Virus record (IMG/VR): IMGVR_UViG_3300037780_000011
Location: 1 to 55,806 of that record
Strand: one strand, 5' to 3'
Length of the DNA: 55,806 nt
Source: a virus
Taxonomy: Duplodnaviria > Caudoviricetes
The position numbers and the translations under genes were made by a program. Below are positions 37,989-47,720 of this stretch, piece after piece. Within the stretch, counting starts at the first letter, position 1; every line of letters starts with the position of its first letter. The notes below the pieces were generated by a model, which ran no database searches, was not told the DNA's origin, and saw only the letters and a list, made by a program, of their open reading frames with translations.

Positions 37989-39674
37989 ATGGCTGCGTTC
38001 AAGTCAAATCTAAATCCTATGTTCCGAAGCAAGTTTTCGGAAGACATCTTCAACCACAAGTATCGGCACGAAGGCGCTGAGACATGGGCTGCGCTCGCCA
38101 AGACGCTTGTTGATGATGTCATGTCTGCATATGTAACAAAAGAAGACAGGGATGCACTTGAAGAATATATCCGTGACCTGAAGTTTATCCCAGGCGGTCG
38201 CTATCTCTACTATGCTGGCCGCCCAAATAAGTTCTTCAACAACTGCTACCTTTTGCGGGCAGAAGAAGACACTAGGGAAGACTGGGCCAACCTTTCTTGG
38301 AAAGCCGAATCTTGTCTTATGACAGGCGGCGGAATAGGCGTTGATTACTCCGTGTATCGGGCGGAAGGATCGCCAATCCAGAGGACTGGCGGTCAGGCAT
38401 CCGGACCAATCCCAAAGATGAATATGATTAACGAGATTGGTCGCCGCGTAATGCAGGGTGGGTCTCGTCGTTCTGCCATCTATGCTTCTCTAAATTGGAA
38501 GCACGGAGACGTGAGTAAGTTCCTGAAGGCAAAAGACTGGGCTGACATGCCTGTTGGTAGCACAGGGAAGAGTCTATGGGACATCAAGCAGGACGACTTC
38601 AACTTCCCGGCTCCTCTGGACATGACGAACATTTCCGTCAACTACGACACAGAATGGCTGTTGAGTTATTGGCAAACAGGTGATCCGGGTAAGGTTTTTG
38701 AGGAGAATGTCCGTCAAGCACTGAAAACGGCGGAGCCAGGCTTCTCGTTCAACTTCTTCGACAAAGAGCGCGAGACGCTTCGTAATGCCTGCACCGAAGT
38801 TACCTCCGAAGATGATAGCGACGTGTGCAACCTTGGTTCCATCAACTTTGGTCGCGTTGAGAGCATTGACGAGTTGCGCGACATTGTTCGTCTCGCAACA
38901 ATGTTCCTGATTTGCGGGACGCTGAAGGCAAAACTCCCATACGAAAAGGTCTACGAGACCCGAGAGAAAAACCGTCGCCTTGGCCTTGGTTTTATGGGTG
39001 TCCACGAATGGCTCATCAAACGCGGATACGCTTATGAGGTCACACCAGAACTTCACCAGTGGCTGTCTGTCTACAAAGGGGTATCAGACGATGTGAGCAA
39101 GTCGTTTGCTGACCTATTGTCCATCAGCCGTCCTGTGGCGAACAGAGCAATCGCACCTACAGGTTCCATTGGTATTCTTGCTGGAACAAGCACCGGCATT
39201 GAACCCATCTTTGCCGTTGCCTACAAGCGTCGGTATTTGAAAGGCAAGGACCGCTGGGCGTATCAGTATGTCGTGGACAGCGCGGCGCAGGAACTTATTG
39301 ATTTCTACGGTGCCGACCCTGAGAACGTCGAGAGCGCGCTGGATTTGGCAGACAACTACGAACGGCGCATCAAGTTTCAGGCCGATGTTCAGGACTACGT
39401 GGATATGTCCATTTCGTCTACCATCAACCTTCCGGCGTGGGGGGGCAAGCTGAATAATGAGGACACGGTGTCTGACTTTGCAAAGACCTTGGCATCATAC
39501 GCGCACCGGCTTCGCGGGTTTACCTGCTACCCGGATGGTGCTCGTGGCGGTCAACCTCTTACGTCAGTGCCTTACTCAGAGGCTGTTACGAAGTTGGGTG
39601 AAGAGTTCTACGAACACGTCGAGACGCATGATATTTGCGATATTTCTGGCAACGGAGGTTCGTGCGGGGTGTAA
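37989..39674 (+). CDS. nrdJ: Ribonucleotide reductase, class II (B12-dependent) type
   Basis: PGGR, NNC, NACTE (NxCxE), CNLGS, IAPTG, ISSTIN and a C-terminal Cys pair; no beta-subunit gene nearby. Confidence 0.85.
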   Translation: MAAFKSNLNPMFRSKFSEDIFNHKYRHEGAETWAALAKTLVDDVMSAYVTKEDRDALEEYIRDLKFIPGGRYLYYAGRPNKFFNNCYLLRAEEDTREDWANLSWKAESCLMTGGGIGVDYSVYRAEGSPIQRTGGQASGPIPKMNMINEIGRRVMQGGSRRSAIYASLNWKHGDVSKFLKAKDWADMPVGSTGKSLWDIKQDDFNFPAPLDMTNISVNYDTEWLLSYWQTGDPGKVFEENVRQALKTAEPGFSFNFFDKERETLRNACTEVTSEDDSDVCNLGSINFGRVESIDELRDIVRLATMFLICGTLKAKLPYEKVYETREKNRRLGLGFMGVHEWLIKRGYAYEVTPELHQWLSVYKGVSDDVSKSFADLLSISRPVANRAIAPTGSIGILAGTSTGIEPIFAVAYKRRYLKGKDRWAYQYVVDSAAQELIDFYGADPENVESALDLADNYERRIKFQADVQDYVDMSISSTINLPAWGGKLNNEDTVSDFAKTLASYAHRLRGFTCYPDGARGGQPLTSVPYSEAVTKLGEEFYEHVETHDICDISGNGGSCGV

Positions 39675-39680
39675 TTCCCG

Positions 39681-39710
39681 CTTGACGAATCACATCCTTC
39701 GTGGTTGAAG
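39681..39710 (+). promoter_or_regulatory. Promoter of the CTTGACGAATC class (copy 2), upstream of the tRNA
   Basis: Same 11-mer, with GTGGTT 9 nt downstream as in copy 1. Confidence 0.65.
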
Positions 39711-39717
39711 AAATGGT

Positions 39718-39791
39718 GACACGGGACTTGGCTGGGCCATAGACGGATTGCAAATCCTGACACTCGGGTTCGATTCCCGCCCGTGTCTCCA
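39718..39791 (+). tRNA. tRNA-Cys(GCA)-like gene with imperfect D and anticodon arms
   Basis: Acceptor GACACGG/CCGTGTC, U73-CCA, loop TTGCAAA, T-loop GGTTCGATTCC. Confidence 0.7.
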
Positions 39792-39805
39792 TTGAAGGGA
39801 AAAAT

Positions 39806-39970
39806 ATGACGAAAAGGTTTCCATGCGATTACGACCGTGATGAGTTGATCGAGTTGGTCAGGTATCATAGCAATGGGCACAGAGAAAAGGCGATTGAACT
39901 GGACAGAACAAAACAAAGATTGATTGAAGTAAGCAAGGAACTATCCGCGCTGAAGCGTAAGAAGTACTAG
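39806..39970 (+). CDS. 54-aa coiled-coil hypothetical protein
   Basis: Read by hand (MTKRFPCDYDRDEL...); AAGGGA RBS. Confidence 0.5.
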   Translation: MTKRFPCDYDRDELIELVRYHSNGHREKAIELDRTKQRLIEVSKELSALKRKKY

Positions 39971-40045
39971 TCAACCCACCCATTTGCTAACTTGCAGGGC
40001 GCTGTGGTATTAAAGCCACAGCGTCTTTCTTTTTGCAGGTAAGCG

Positions 40046-41545
40046 ATGCCATACGAGCGACTGCCAGCCCGTCTCCGTCAACTGATCCCGTCAGAACGTG
40101 GTCAGGAAATTTTCCGCAACACCGTGAACTCCCAACTGGACGCAGGGCGCTCTGAAGCCGTTGCTATGGCATCCGCATGGGCTGCGCTTCGTCGTGCGGG
40201 GTTCAACCGGGATAATGCGACGGGCAAGTGGGAGCGCAACTCAACCGAGAAATCCAGTGACACCGGCTTGCGTAACAAAATTGACGAGTGGAACGATAAA
40301 TACGCCGACAAGCACGGCAAAATCACTATGGGTATGCTGCGTGACGTGTATGACCGTGGCGTAGGAGCGTATCGAACAAATCCTTCCAGCGTCAGACCGA
40401 ACGTCAAATCGCCTGAGCAATGGGCTATGGCGCGTGTCAACAGCTTTCTCTCAGCAGCCCGTGGTGCAAAGTCGATCAACCACGACAAGGACATCCACGA
40501 TAAGATCAAGAAATCCTCCCCAACAGCATCATCCGTTCACGTCCCGTCCGCCGATTGGGAGCGGACCCGGAAAGAGGATACGTTTAGACCGCCTGCATCT
40601 TCCCGCAACAACGCCCGCCGCGTTCTCCGCTGGAAGGAAAAGTATGGTGATGAAGTAAAAGGCATGACTCAGGTAGGGTGGACCCGCGCCAATCAACTTG
40701 CATCCGGTGAAAACCTGTCACGCGATACAGTTGCCCGCATGTCGGCCTTCGCACGTCACCGCAAGAACGCTGAAGTAGATCCCAAGTTCAAGGACACACC
40801 GTGGAAGGATCGTGGCCACGTAGCGTGGCTGGGATGGGGCGGGACTAGCGGCGTGAACTGGGCCAACTCTGTCATGGACCGCCTGGAAAAACGTCAGATT
40901 GACGACGACAGTTTCACAGAACCAGCAGAGGCCGCTGTCCGCTCGATGGACCTTGGGCTTGAAGGTGAAATCCACGTCCATGATCGCAATGGGCAGGCCG
41001 TCTACATGCCTGGAGAAGACCACGAAGAATACCTTGAACGAATCAGGGAACTTGCAGGAATCAAAGACCACGATGAGCCTGTCAAGGAGGGGTTGCTTGA
41101 AAGGACGATTTCCGCGATAATTGCGACCATTATGCAACACACGCCTGTGTCCAAATCTGTTGAGCAAGCGAAAGTCGTCAAGATGGACGACGAGCAGCGC
41201 ATTGTCTGGGGTTGGGCTTCTGTCGTGACCGAAGACGGCAAGGCTGTAGTCGATACACAAGGCGATGTAATCTCGCCCGAAGAAATGGAGAAGATGGCAA
41301 ACTCGTTCATGCTGGATGTGCGAAAGGCAAAAGCCATGCACGAAGGCGAGCAGATCGGCGAAGTCATCCATTCTATGCCCCTAACCAACGAATTGATGAA
41401 CAGGTTTGGAATCTACTCCGACCGAGAGGGATGGATTATTGCCATGAAAGTTCATGACGATGACACTTGGTCCGAAATGAAGAAGGGCCGTTTCACCGGC
41501 TTTTCCATTGGCGGCAAGGCTGGCTCGCGGGAGGAAATCGAATGA
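40046..41545 (+). CDS. Multidomain prohead protease (C-terminal XkdF-like domain; ChaB-like N-terminus)
   Basis: EQRIVWGWASV...DTQGD...AMHEG...FTGFSIGG; first gene of the head operon. Confidence 0.8.
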   Translation: MPYERLPARLRQLIPSERGQEIFRNTVNSQLDAGRSEAVAMASAWAALRRAGFNRDNATGKWERNSTEKSSDTGLRNKIDEWNDKYADKHGKITMGMLRDVYDRGVGAYRTNPSSVRPNVKSPEQWAMARVNSFLSAARGAKSINHDKDIHDKIKKSSPTASSVHVPSADWERTRKEDTFRPPASSRNNARRVLRWKEKYGDEVKGMTQVGWTRANQLASGENLSRDTVARMSAFARHRKNAEVDPKFKDTPWKDRGHVAWLGWGGTSGVNWANSVMDRLEKRQIDDDSFTEPAEAAVRSMDLGLEGEIHVHDRNGQAVYMPGEDHEEYLERIRELAGIKDHDEPVKEGLLERTISAIIATIMQHTPVSKSVEQAKVVKMDDEQRIVWGWASVVTEDGKAVVDTQGDVISPEEMEKMANSFMLDVRKAKAMHEGEQIGEVIHSMPLTNELMNRFGIYSDREGWIIAMKVHDDDTWSEMKKGRFTGFSIGGKAGSREEIE

Positions 41546-42375
41546 AACCGCACATGCTCAAAAACATTCAACTGGACGAAATCAGCCTCGTTGACGTGCC
41601 CGCGAACAGCGATGCGCGGATCACCCTTTTCAAACGCGGAGACAACATGGACGGAATGACCGACGAACAGAAGGCAAAAATGAAGGAATACATGGACAAG
41701 GGTTATTCCGAGAAGGAAGCCAAAGCCATGTGTATGGGCGAGAAAACCACGAAAGGAGGTCAAAACATGGACCCTCAAGAACTCGCTGTGAAGCTGGAGG
41801 CTCTGGAGGGCCAGGTTGATGACCTGACCAAGCGGGCTGAAGGCGCAGAAGCAGAAGTGGCGGCACTCAAGAAAGCCGCAGACGAAGCCGGTTTTGACGT
41901 TGAGGAAGGCAAGCTGACCAAGCGTGCCGATCCTGAATATGTTGAGATCGACGGTGAGCGCGTCGAAAAGTCGGCAGTTCCGGCACCGATCCTGAAGCGG
42001 ATCGAAGCACAGGAAGCAGAACTGACCAAGATGCGTCAAGAGCGCGAAGAAGTCACCCTCGCAAAGCGCGGCGCAGAAGAACTGCCGAACCTTGCAGGAA
42101 CCGATCTTGCAAAAGGCAAACTGCTGGCCGCTGTTGGTGAAGACGCTGACGTGCTGAAGGCCCTGAAGGCGGCTGACGCAGCAATCAAGAAGCAGATGGA
42201 AGAAATCGGGTCAAACCCGATGGGCGACGAAGCATCTGCCACGTTCCGCCTGAACAAGATGGCAACCGACTATGCCGCAGAGCATAAGGTGCCGTTCGAA
42301 TCTGCATACGCAGAAGTAACCAAAGCCGGTGAAGGCAAGGCCCTGATGGCCGAAGCCCGCGCCGAAGCCAACTGA
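41542..42375 (+). CDS. Capsid scaffolding-type protein
   Basis: LDEISLVDVPAN then a long acidic, helical region; GGAGG RBS; upstream of the capsid genes. Confidence 0.7.
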   Translation: MKPHMLKNIQLDEISLVDVPANSDARITLFKRGDNMDGMTDEQKAKMKEYMDKGYSEKEAKAMCMGEKTTKGGQNMDPQELAVKLEALEGQVDDLTKRAEGAEAEVAALKKAADEAGFDVEEGKLTKRADPEYVEIDGERVEKSAVPAPILKRIEAQEAELTKMRQEREEVTLAKRGAEELPNLAGTDLAKGKLLAAVGEDADVLKALKAADAAIKKQMEEIGSNPMGDEASATFRLNKMATDYAAEHKVPFESAYAEVTKAGEGKALMAEARAEAN

Positions 42376-42386
42376 GGAGAGCGCAA

Positions 42387-42752
42387 ATGGCTACCTACAA
42401 CTCCCAAACTTGCGTCACCCTTGAGGCTGGCGCGGACCTTTCGAGCAACCAGTTTCACTTCGTGACGATGGACTCGGACGGTCAACTCAGCGTCTCGACT
42501 GACGGCGCTGCTTCCATCGGTGTTCTGCTGAACGACCCCGCCGCAGCGGGCCGTGCCGCAGAAGTCTGCATCGGTGGCCTGACCCGCGTTGAGGCAGGTG
42601 GCACTGTTGCTGCTGGCGCGGCTGTCGCATCGAACGCAACAGGCGAGGCCATCACCGCAGGCACCGACGACATCATTCTTGGCACCGCAGTTACTGGCGG
42701 CGCTGATGGTGAAGTCATTTCCATCGTGTTCCAGCCGCGCGGCGCGGCCTGA
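42387..42752 (+). CDS. Capsid decoration/cement protein
   Basis: Small Ala/Gly/Thr-rich protein directly before the MCP. Confidence 0.75.
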   Translation: MATYNSQTCVTLEAGADLSSNQFHFVTMDSDGQLSVSTDGAASIGVLLNDPAAAGRAAEVCIGGLTRVEAGGTVAAGAAVASNATGEAITAGTDDIILGTAVTGGADGEVISIVFQPRGAA

Positions 42753-42770
42753 TAGAGAGGAGTGTGAACA

Positions 42771-43769
42771 ATGACACAACCTACGAACAGCGCCGTTCAT
42801 GTTGACGCGGCCCTGACGAACATCTCGGTTGCGTTCCTTCAGAACGCCAACCACTTCGCGGCAGGTCGGGTTTTCCCGAACGTCCCGGTGTCCAAGCAGT
42901 CGGATCGCTACTTCGTGTTCGACCGTGGTGACTTCAACCGTGACGAAGCAGAAGTTCGCGCACCCGGCACCGAGTCTGCTGGCGGCGGTTACGAACTGGA
43001 CAACACGCCTACCTACTTCGCCAATGTCTACGCCTTCCACCACGATGTGCCGGATCAGGTTCGCTCGAACGCTGACCCTGCCGTTGACGTGGAGCGCGCT
43101 GCTGCTGAACTGGTGATGCACAAGATGCTCATCAAGCGGGAGAAGGTCTGGACCACCAACTTCTTCACTGGCGGCAAGTGGACCAACGACTACGATGGTG
43201 TGGCCTCCTCGGCTGGCACCAACGAAGTCATCCAGTGGTCGGACACCGTTTCGGGCGACCCGATTGGCGACATCCGCACGGCGAAGACCACCATCCTGGA
43301 ATCGACCGGGTTCATGCCGAACAAGCTGGTTCTGACCCAGCCGGTGATGGACGCTCTGGTTGACCACCCGGACATCGTGGACCGCGTGAAATATGCAACC
43401 TCGACCACCGCCAACCCGGCGATGGTGAACGAGCAGACCCTCGCAGCCCTGTTCGGTCTGGACGAGATTGTTGTTTCTCGCGCAATCGAGAACACCGCCG
43501 CCCAAGGTGCAACGGCATCGCACTCGTTCATCGGTGGTAAGAAAGCCCTGCTCTGCTACGCAGCGCCCACGCCGTCGCTGATGACGCCGACTGCTGGCTA
43601 CCAGTTCTCGTGGTCGGGCTTCATGGGTCAAACCAATGCCTTCGGTGTTGCAACCAAGCGGTTCTATCTGGATCATCTGGAAAGCACCCGTGTTGAGGGC
43701 CAAGCCGCCTTTGACATGAAACTGGTTTCGGCTGACATGGGCTACTTCTGGGATACCATCGTCGCGTAA
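42771..43769 (+). CDS. Major capsid protein
   Basis: HVDAALTNISVAF...VFPNVPVSKQSD; strong codon bias; GAGGAG RBS; terminator follows. Confidence 0.9.
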   Translation: MTQPTNSAVHVDAALTNISVAFLQNANHFAAGRVFPNVPVSKQSDRYFVFDRGDFNRDEAEVRAPGTESAGGGYELDNTPTYFANVYAFHHDVPDQVRSNADPAVDVERAAAELVMHKMLIKREKVWTTNFFTGGKWTNDYDGVASSAGTNEVIQWSDTVSGDPIGDIRTAKTTILESTGFMPNKLVLTQPVMDALVDHPDIVDRVKYATSTTANPAMVNEQTLAALFGLDEIVVSRAIENTAAQGATASHSFIGGKKALLCYAAPTPSLMTPTAGYQFSWSGFMGQTNAFGVATKRFYLDHLESTRVEGQAAFDMKLVSADMGYFWDTIVA

Positions 43770-43787
43770 CGACATCAAAAGATCAGG

Positions 43788-43819
43788 AGGGGGCGGCTTT
43801 AGTGCCGCCCTTTTCCTTT
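43788..43819 (+). terminator. Terminator after the MCP (possibly bidirectional)
   Basis: GGGCGGC/GCCGCCC stem followed by TTTT. Confidence 0.75.
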
Positions 43820-44196
43820 CAACACCAAACAATTCCACGGGCGTGTCTCTGTGCTGCAATACCAGTTTCACCATAGCCCTTTGGAGACATAGCAATCTCT
43901 GCCATCTTCAACTGAGACGATCCCGACATAGACATCTTGGGAGGAACAATCCTGTAGTTCCACGTCCTTCGGCACAGAATGATAGTTGTTCCCCACGGGA
44001 TCGGAGCCTCGAAAACATCCCATTCAATGTATGTCAGTTTGTAAAACGTGCCTGACTGAAACTTGAACTCTGGGCGACCGCCAGCGATTGGCTGACCAAA
44101 CGAACCTCGCCAGTCTTCTGGCAAGTCTTTGACCTTCATGCCCTCCTTTAAGGTCACAACGTCTGTCCAGTAATCGTCTTCGTATTGCATGTTCAT
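43819..44196 (-). CDS. Antisense inserted (moron-like) hypothetical protein
   Basis: AAAGGTG RBS; has its own CTTGACGAATC promoter at 44234-44244. Confidence 0.6.
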   Translation of the reverse strand: MNMQYEDDYWTDVVTLKEGMKVKDLPEDWRGSFGQPIAGGRPEFKFQSGTFYKLTYIEWDVFEAPIPWGTTIILCRRTWNYRIVPPKMSMSGSSQLKMAEIAMSPKGYGETGIAAQRHARGIVWC

Positions 44197-44214
44197 CACC
44201 TTTTTCTGTGCGAT

Positions 44215-44244
44215 CCCTACCCCGTCATTGCCTGATTCGTCAAG
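44215..44244 (-). promoter_or_regulatory. Promoter of the CTTGACGAATC class (copy 3)
   Basis: GATTCGTCAAG at 44234-44244 on the plus strand. Confidence 0.6.
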
Positions 44245-44286
44245 AACTTTTATACTGCCCCAAACAAACACTCAGGAGACCTATCA

Positions 44287-44739
44287 ATGGCACGCATCCC
44301 CGAGCGGAAGTTCGACCCCTCCAAGCCCATCTACGCACGCAAGGCGTTCACCGCGAACGGCAACAAGATCGCAGGTGGCCAGCAGTTCGACTGGAAGAAA
44401 CTCGCCGTAGCACAACGCCGCGTTCTGCAAATGTTCGAGGCAGGGTATCTTTATCATGCTGACAGCAAGCCGGTTAATGTTACCGTTGAGGATAAAACTA
44501 CCGTAAAACCAACACCTGAACCGGTTGATGTTACCTTCAAGGATAAGATTGAAGAACTGGCTGAGATTGAGGATAACCCGCTTGAGTCGATGGATTACTA
44601 TGACGAACCCACCGACGAACTCGACGCCATTGACGACATGAAGGAACTCCGCGCGATTGCAGACGCAGAAGGTGCCCCTTACAAGGTGTCAAAGAAAGAC
44701 CAGCGGCAGGCAATCCGTGACAACCGGGCGGACGCATGA
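44287..44739 (+). CDS. Head-associated hypothetical protein
   Basis: AGGAG RBS; position after the MCP. Confidence 0.65.
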   Translation: MARIPERKFDPSKPIYARKAFTANGNKIAGGQQFDWKKLAVAQRRVLQMFEAGYLYHADSKPVNVTVEDKTTVKPTPEPVDVTFKDKIEELAEIEDNPLESMDYYDEPTDELDAIDDMKELRAIADAEGAPYKVSKKDQRQAIRDNRADA

Positions 44740-45191
44740 CAGCCACATACACCGACCCATCTAACTCAAACTCTGATGCCGTCAGGTTCCTGATCGGTGA
44801 TACCGATGTGGACGGGACTAACGACGCTGACCTGACTGATGCTGAGATCGCCTTCGCGCTGACGCAAGCCGAGAATGACATCTACCTTGCAGCGGCCATG
44901 TGCGCTCGCGCTATCGGCGCAAAGTATGCGTCCGATACGGACCAACGCTTTGAGAATGTCTGGTCCAACGGCAGCAGCACGGCAGACAACTACTACAAAC
45001 TGGCTGTCCGGCTGGAATCGCAGTCCAAGAAGTTCGGCAGCAAAGGCTTTGGCGTCCCGCTCGCTGGTGGCATGACTGTTTCCGGTATCCGCGCGAATGA
45101 CGAGAACGACGACCGCGTTCAGCCGAAGTTCAAGCAGGACCAGTTTGCTAACCCGCCGAGCCATTACGATGGTGACAAGTATGGCTATTAA
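44736..45191 (+). CDS. Head-tail adaptor
   Basis: DAVRFLIGDTD...LTDAEI pattern; position. Confidence 0.75.
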   Translation: MTATYTDPSNSNSDAVRFLIGDTDVDGTNDADLTDAEIAFALTQAENDIYLAAAMCARAIGAKYASDTDQRFENVWSNGSSTADNYYKLAVRLESQSKKFGSKGFGVPLAGGMTVSGIRANDENDDRVQPKFKQDQFANPPSHYDGDKYGY

Positions 45192-45732
45192 ACGTGACAG
45201 TGAGGTAGCCAAATACGTCGCCGCCTACCAGCACGAGAACTACCGGCTCGGGGACCGTCGTCGTAAACACATCCTGAAGCACCTTGAGCGCATCGAACGT
45301 GGCTCTCTGCTGGACGTATCCACCGGGCGTGGTGAAGTGCTGATGATGGCAGAGAAGCTTGGGCACGGCCCCGTGCAGGGCACCGAGGCTGTCCCATACC
45401 TCTGTGACGGCAAGCATGTCGTAAACTCTCTTGTCCACGACCTGCCGTTTGACGATGACGCTTTCGATACCGTCACGATGTTCGACGTGATGGAGCATCT
45501 TGTTCCGAGTGACACCGCTCTCGCCTGCAAGGAACTGAAGCGTGTCGCCAAGAAACGTGTTCTACTGACCGTCCATAATGGCCCTTCAAGATTTAACGGT
45601 GTTGACCTCCATGTGAACCGGCGTGAAAACTACGAGGCATGGCATGAAGAACTCGCTGACCACTTCGATGAAAAGGTGATCCGCTGGGGTAGCGAGGGGT
45701 CTATTTCGGAGATGTTTGAGGTCATCCTATGA
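45181..45732 (+). CDS. Class I SAM-dependent methyltransferase
   Basis: SLLDVSTGRG, LPFDDDAFDTVTMFDVMEHL. Confidence 0.85.
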   Translation: MAIKRDSEVAKYVAAYQHENYRLGDRRRKHILKHLERIERGSLLDVSTGRGEVLMMAEKLGHGPVQGTEAVPYLCDGKHVVNSLVHDLPFDDDAFDTVTMFDVMEHLVPSDTALACKELKRVAKKRVLLTVHNGPSRFNGVDLHVNRRENYEAWHEELADHFDEKVIRWGSEGSISEMFEVIL

Positions 45733-45748
45733 AGAGGTCATATTGTGA

Positions 45749-46327
45749 ATGACTACCTGTTATGTCATCGCATCTGGCCCGTCCCTGCAAGGGTTTGACT
45801 TTAATCGCCTTCCTGATGGCTACCGTATAGGTGCCAACAAGTCAGCCTGGATCGCAGACTGTGATGCACTTGTCACGATAGACAAGCGGTTCTGGCGCGG
45901 CTTTCAGGATGAAGTCGTTAAGTTCAAAGGTGACAAATATGTCACAGAACTTGTAGTTGACGATCAGCCAAGGCACGGCGCTCATGTATCAAAACGCGGC
46001 AGGTTTAAAGGTCTGTCAGAATCCCTTGATGAATTGACCGGCACCAATTCCGGGTTTGCCGCCCTGAATATCGCATATCTTCTTGGATACAAGGAGATCG
46101 CGCTACTAGGCTTCGACTTCAAATGGGATGGCGATAAAAGTCATTTCCATGACGGCTACAGGTGGCAGGCACGCAACACGTCAAACATGCTTCCGCGATG
46201 GGCGCGAGAGTTTGACCATACCGTTGAGCAGTTTGCAGCCAAGGGTGTAAACGTGATAAACTTTGTCGGGCCGAACGGTTCAAATGTGACAGCATTTCCG
46301 ACGCGCCCATTGGAGGATTTGATATGA
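45749..46327 (+). CDS. Glycosyltransferase-like protein (MAF/DUF115, GT42-like fold)
   Basis: YVIASGPSL, NSGFAALNIAYLLGYKEIALLGFD, SHFH. Confidence 0.7.
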   Translation: MTTCYVIASGPSLQGFDFNRLPDGYRIGANKSAWIADCDALVTIDKRFWRGFQDEVVKFKGDKYVTELVVDDQPRHGAHVSKRGRFKGLSESLDELTGTNSGFAALNIAYLLGYKEIALLGFDFKWDGDKSHFHDGYRWQARNTSNMLPRWAREFDHTVEQFAAKGVNVINFVGPNGSNVTAFPTRPLEDLI

Positions 46328-46893
46328 CAACCGTATTGACTGTGCTGCGGCGTGGTGGCGATTTCAAAGATGAGCATGTAGAGCGTCTGCGCAAACAGGT
46401 GGAACCCTACACTGATGCCTTCCTGTGTCTTGACGATGAAATCCTTGAGCATGACTGGCCGACATGGTGGCCCAAGATTGAAATGTTCAAAGTCAGCGGC
46501 CCATGCCTCTATTTCGATCTGGACACAACGATTACGGGCGACATCACGCCCATGTTGGAAGCAGCGGAGCAGCATCCTTTCATTGCATTGCGTAACCCAA
46601 GCAAGGGCGTTTCTATCGGCTCCGGTATCATGGCGTGGAATGGCGATATGTCACGGCTCTACGAAAAATTCGCACGTCGCCCTGAACTCTACATGGACAG
46701 GTATCGCAAGATGCCGAAGATCGGAGATCAGGGATTCATCTGGGACAACAACCTTGAACCCGTAACCTATTGGCAAGACCTGTTTCCTGATCAAATCCTC
46801 AGCTACAAGGTGAATTGCAAGCGCACTATGCCCAAGGAAGCGATGGTGGTATATTTCCACGGAAAGCCACGCCCTTGGGACGTTGAGAAATGA
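46324..46893 (+). CDS. GT-A fold glycosyltransferase (GT8-like)
   Basis: WWPKIEMF, LYFDLD (DxD), GDQGFI and VYFHGKPRPW. Confidence 0.8.
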   Translation: MTTVLTVLRRGGDFKDEHVERLRKQVEPYTDAFLCLDDEILEHDWPTWWPKIEMFKVSGPCLYFDLDTTITGDITPMLEAAEQHPFIALRNPSKGVSIGSGIMAWNGDMSRLYEKFARRPELYMDRYRKMPKIGDQGFIWDNNLEPVTYWQDLFPDQILSYKVNCKRTMPKEAMVVYFHGKPRPWDVEK

Positions 46894-47234
46894 GCCTGCA
46901 AAAATCGGTTGACGACCTTGTTGCGAAGCACGGATACGCCGTATCTTTCAGTCGTGCGCAGTCTGGCGGGGCTTACGATCCTGTAACAGGGGATGTTACA
47001 GGTGGCACTACGCTCACGTGGAGCGGTGAAGGTATCTACGCCGATTACATGGAGAACGAAGTCAACGGAACGTCAATCACGAACGACGACCGGAAACTGA
47101 TGCTCAAGGCAACAGGATTGACACGCGCCCCGGAACCCGGTGATCTCGTTGATGACGCATACCAAATCCTGAACGTCCGCACCACGAAATCCGGCTCTAC
47201 TATCATTGGCTATGTCTGTCAGGTCAGGGGGTGA
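46890..47234 (+). CDS. Head closure protein
   Basis: GAYDPVTG...DDRKL...YVCQVR; position. Confidence 0.7.
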   Translation: MSLQKSVDDLVAKHGYAVSFSRAQSGGAYDPVTGDVTGGTTLTWSGEGIYADYMENEVNGTSITNDDRKLMLKATGLTRAPEPGDLVDDAYQILNVRTTKSGSTIIGYVCQVRG

Positions 47235-47237
47235 GGT

Positions 47238-47720
47238 TTGGTTGGTGTAAACGTAACTGTAACAGGAAACACTGTTCAGGCTGAAATTGATCTTATCGAG
47301 TCTGACATTAGGGAACTGAAAAAAGAAGTCCTCACAGGCTTGGCAAGAATAATTTCAGAAAAAAGCCCTGTAGACAGCGGAACATACGCTGTTAGCCATG
47401 AGGTGTCGGCTGGAAGCGGCATAACCGGCGGAACAAGATCAAGAAGCCCAAATGCTAAAAGAGTAAGTAAGGGTGGCGTTGCCCAATATCCAAACGCAAA
47501 ACAACAGGGCTTTCAGAACATGATTGGTGCAATCAACAGCATCAGCATGGATTCAAACAGTTTTGTGATAAGTAATCCAATGGATTATGCAGCACTTATT
47601 GAAGCTGGAGTATATGGTTTGAAAACTGGAGGTAAACCACCTCCCTATGCTTCCGCAATTCGTGAGGCGCCCAGTATCATTGAGCGCGTTGCACAACAGA
47701 TCGCCGCGAGGAACCGCTAA
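47238..47720 (+). CDS. Tail completion protein (HK97 gp10-like)
   Basis: SPVDSG...NPMDYAALIEAG. Confidence 0.7.
   Translation: MVGVNVTVTGNTVQAEIDLIESDIRELKKEVLTGLARIISEKSPVDSGTYAVSHEVSAGSGITGGTRSRSPNAKRVSKGGVAQYPNAKQQGFQNMIGAINSISMDSNSFVISNPMDYAALIEAGVYGLKTGGKPPPYASAIREAPSIIERVAQQIAARNR

Noticed and set aside
42270-43895. 541-aa minus-strand ORF, and similar long antisense ORFs such as 13021-13920, 16508-17278, 26938-27795 and 49111-49815
   Set aside because: These are shadows of codon-biased genes on the other strand, with no RBS or recognisable motifs.
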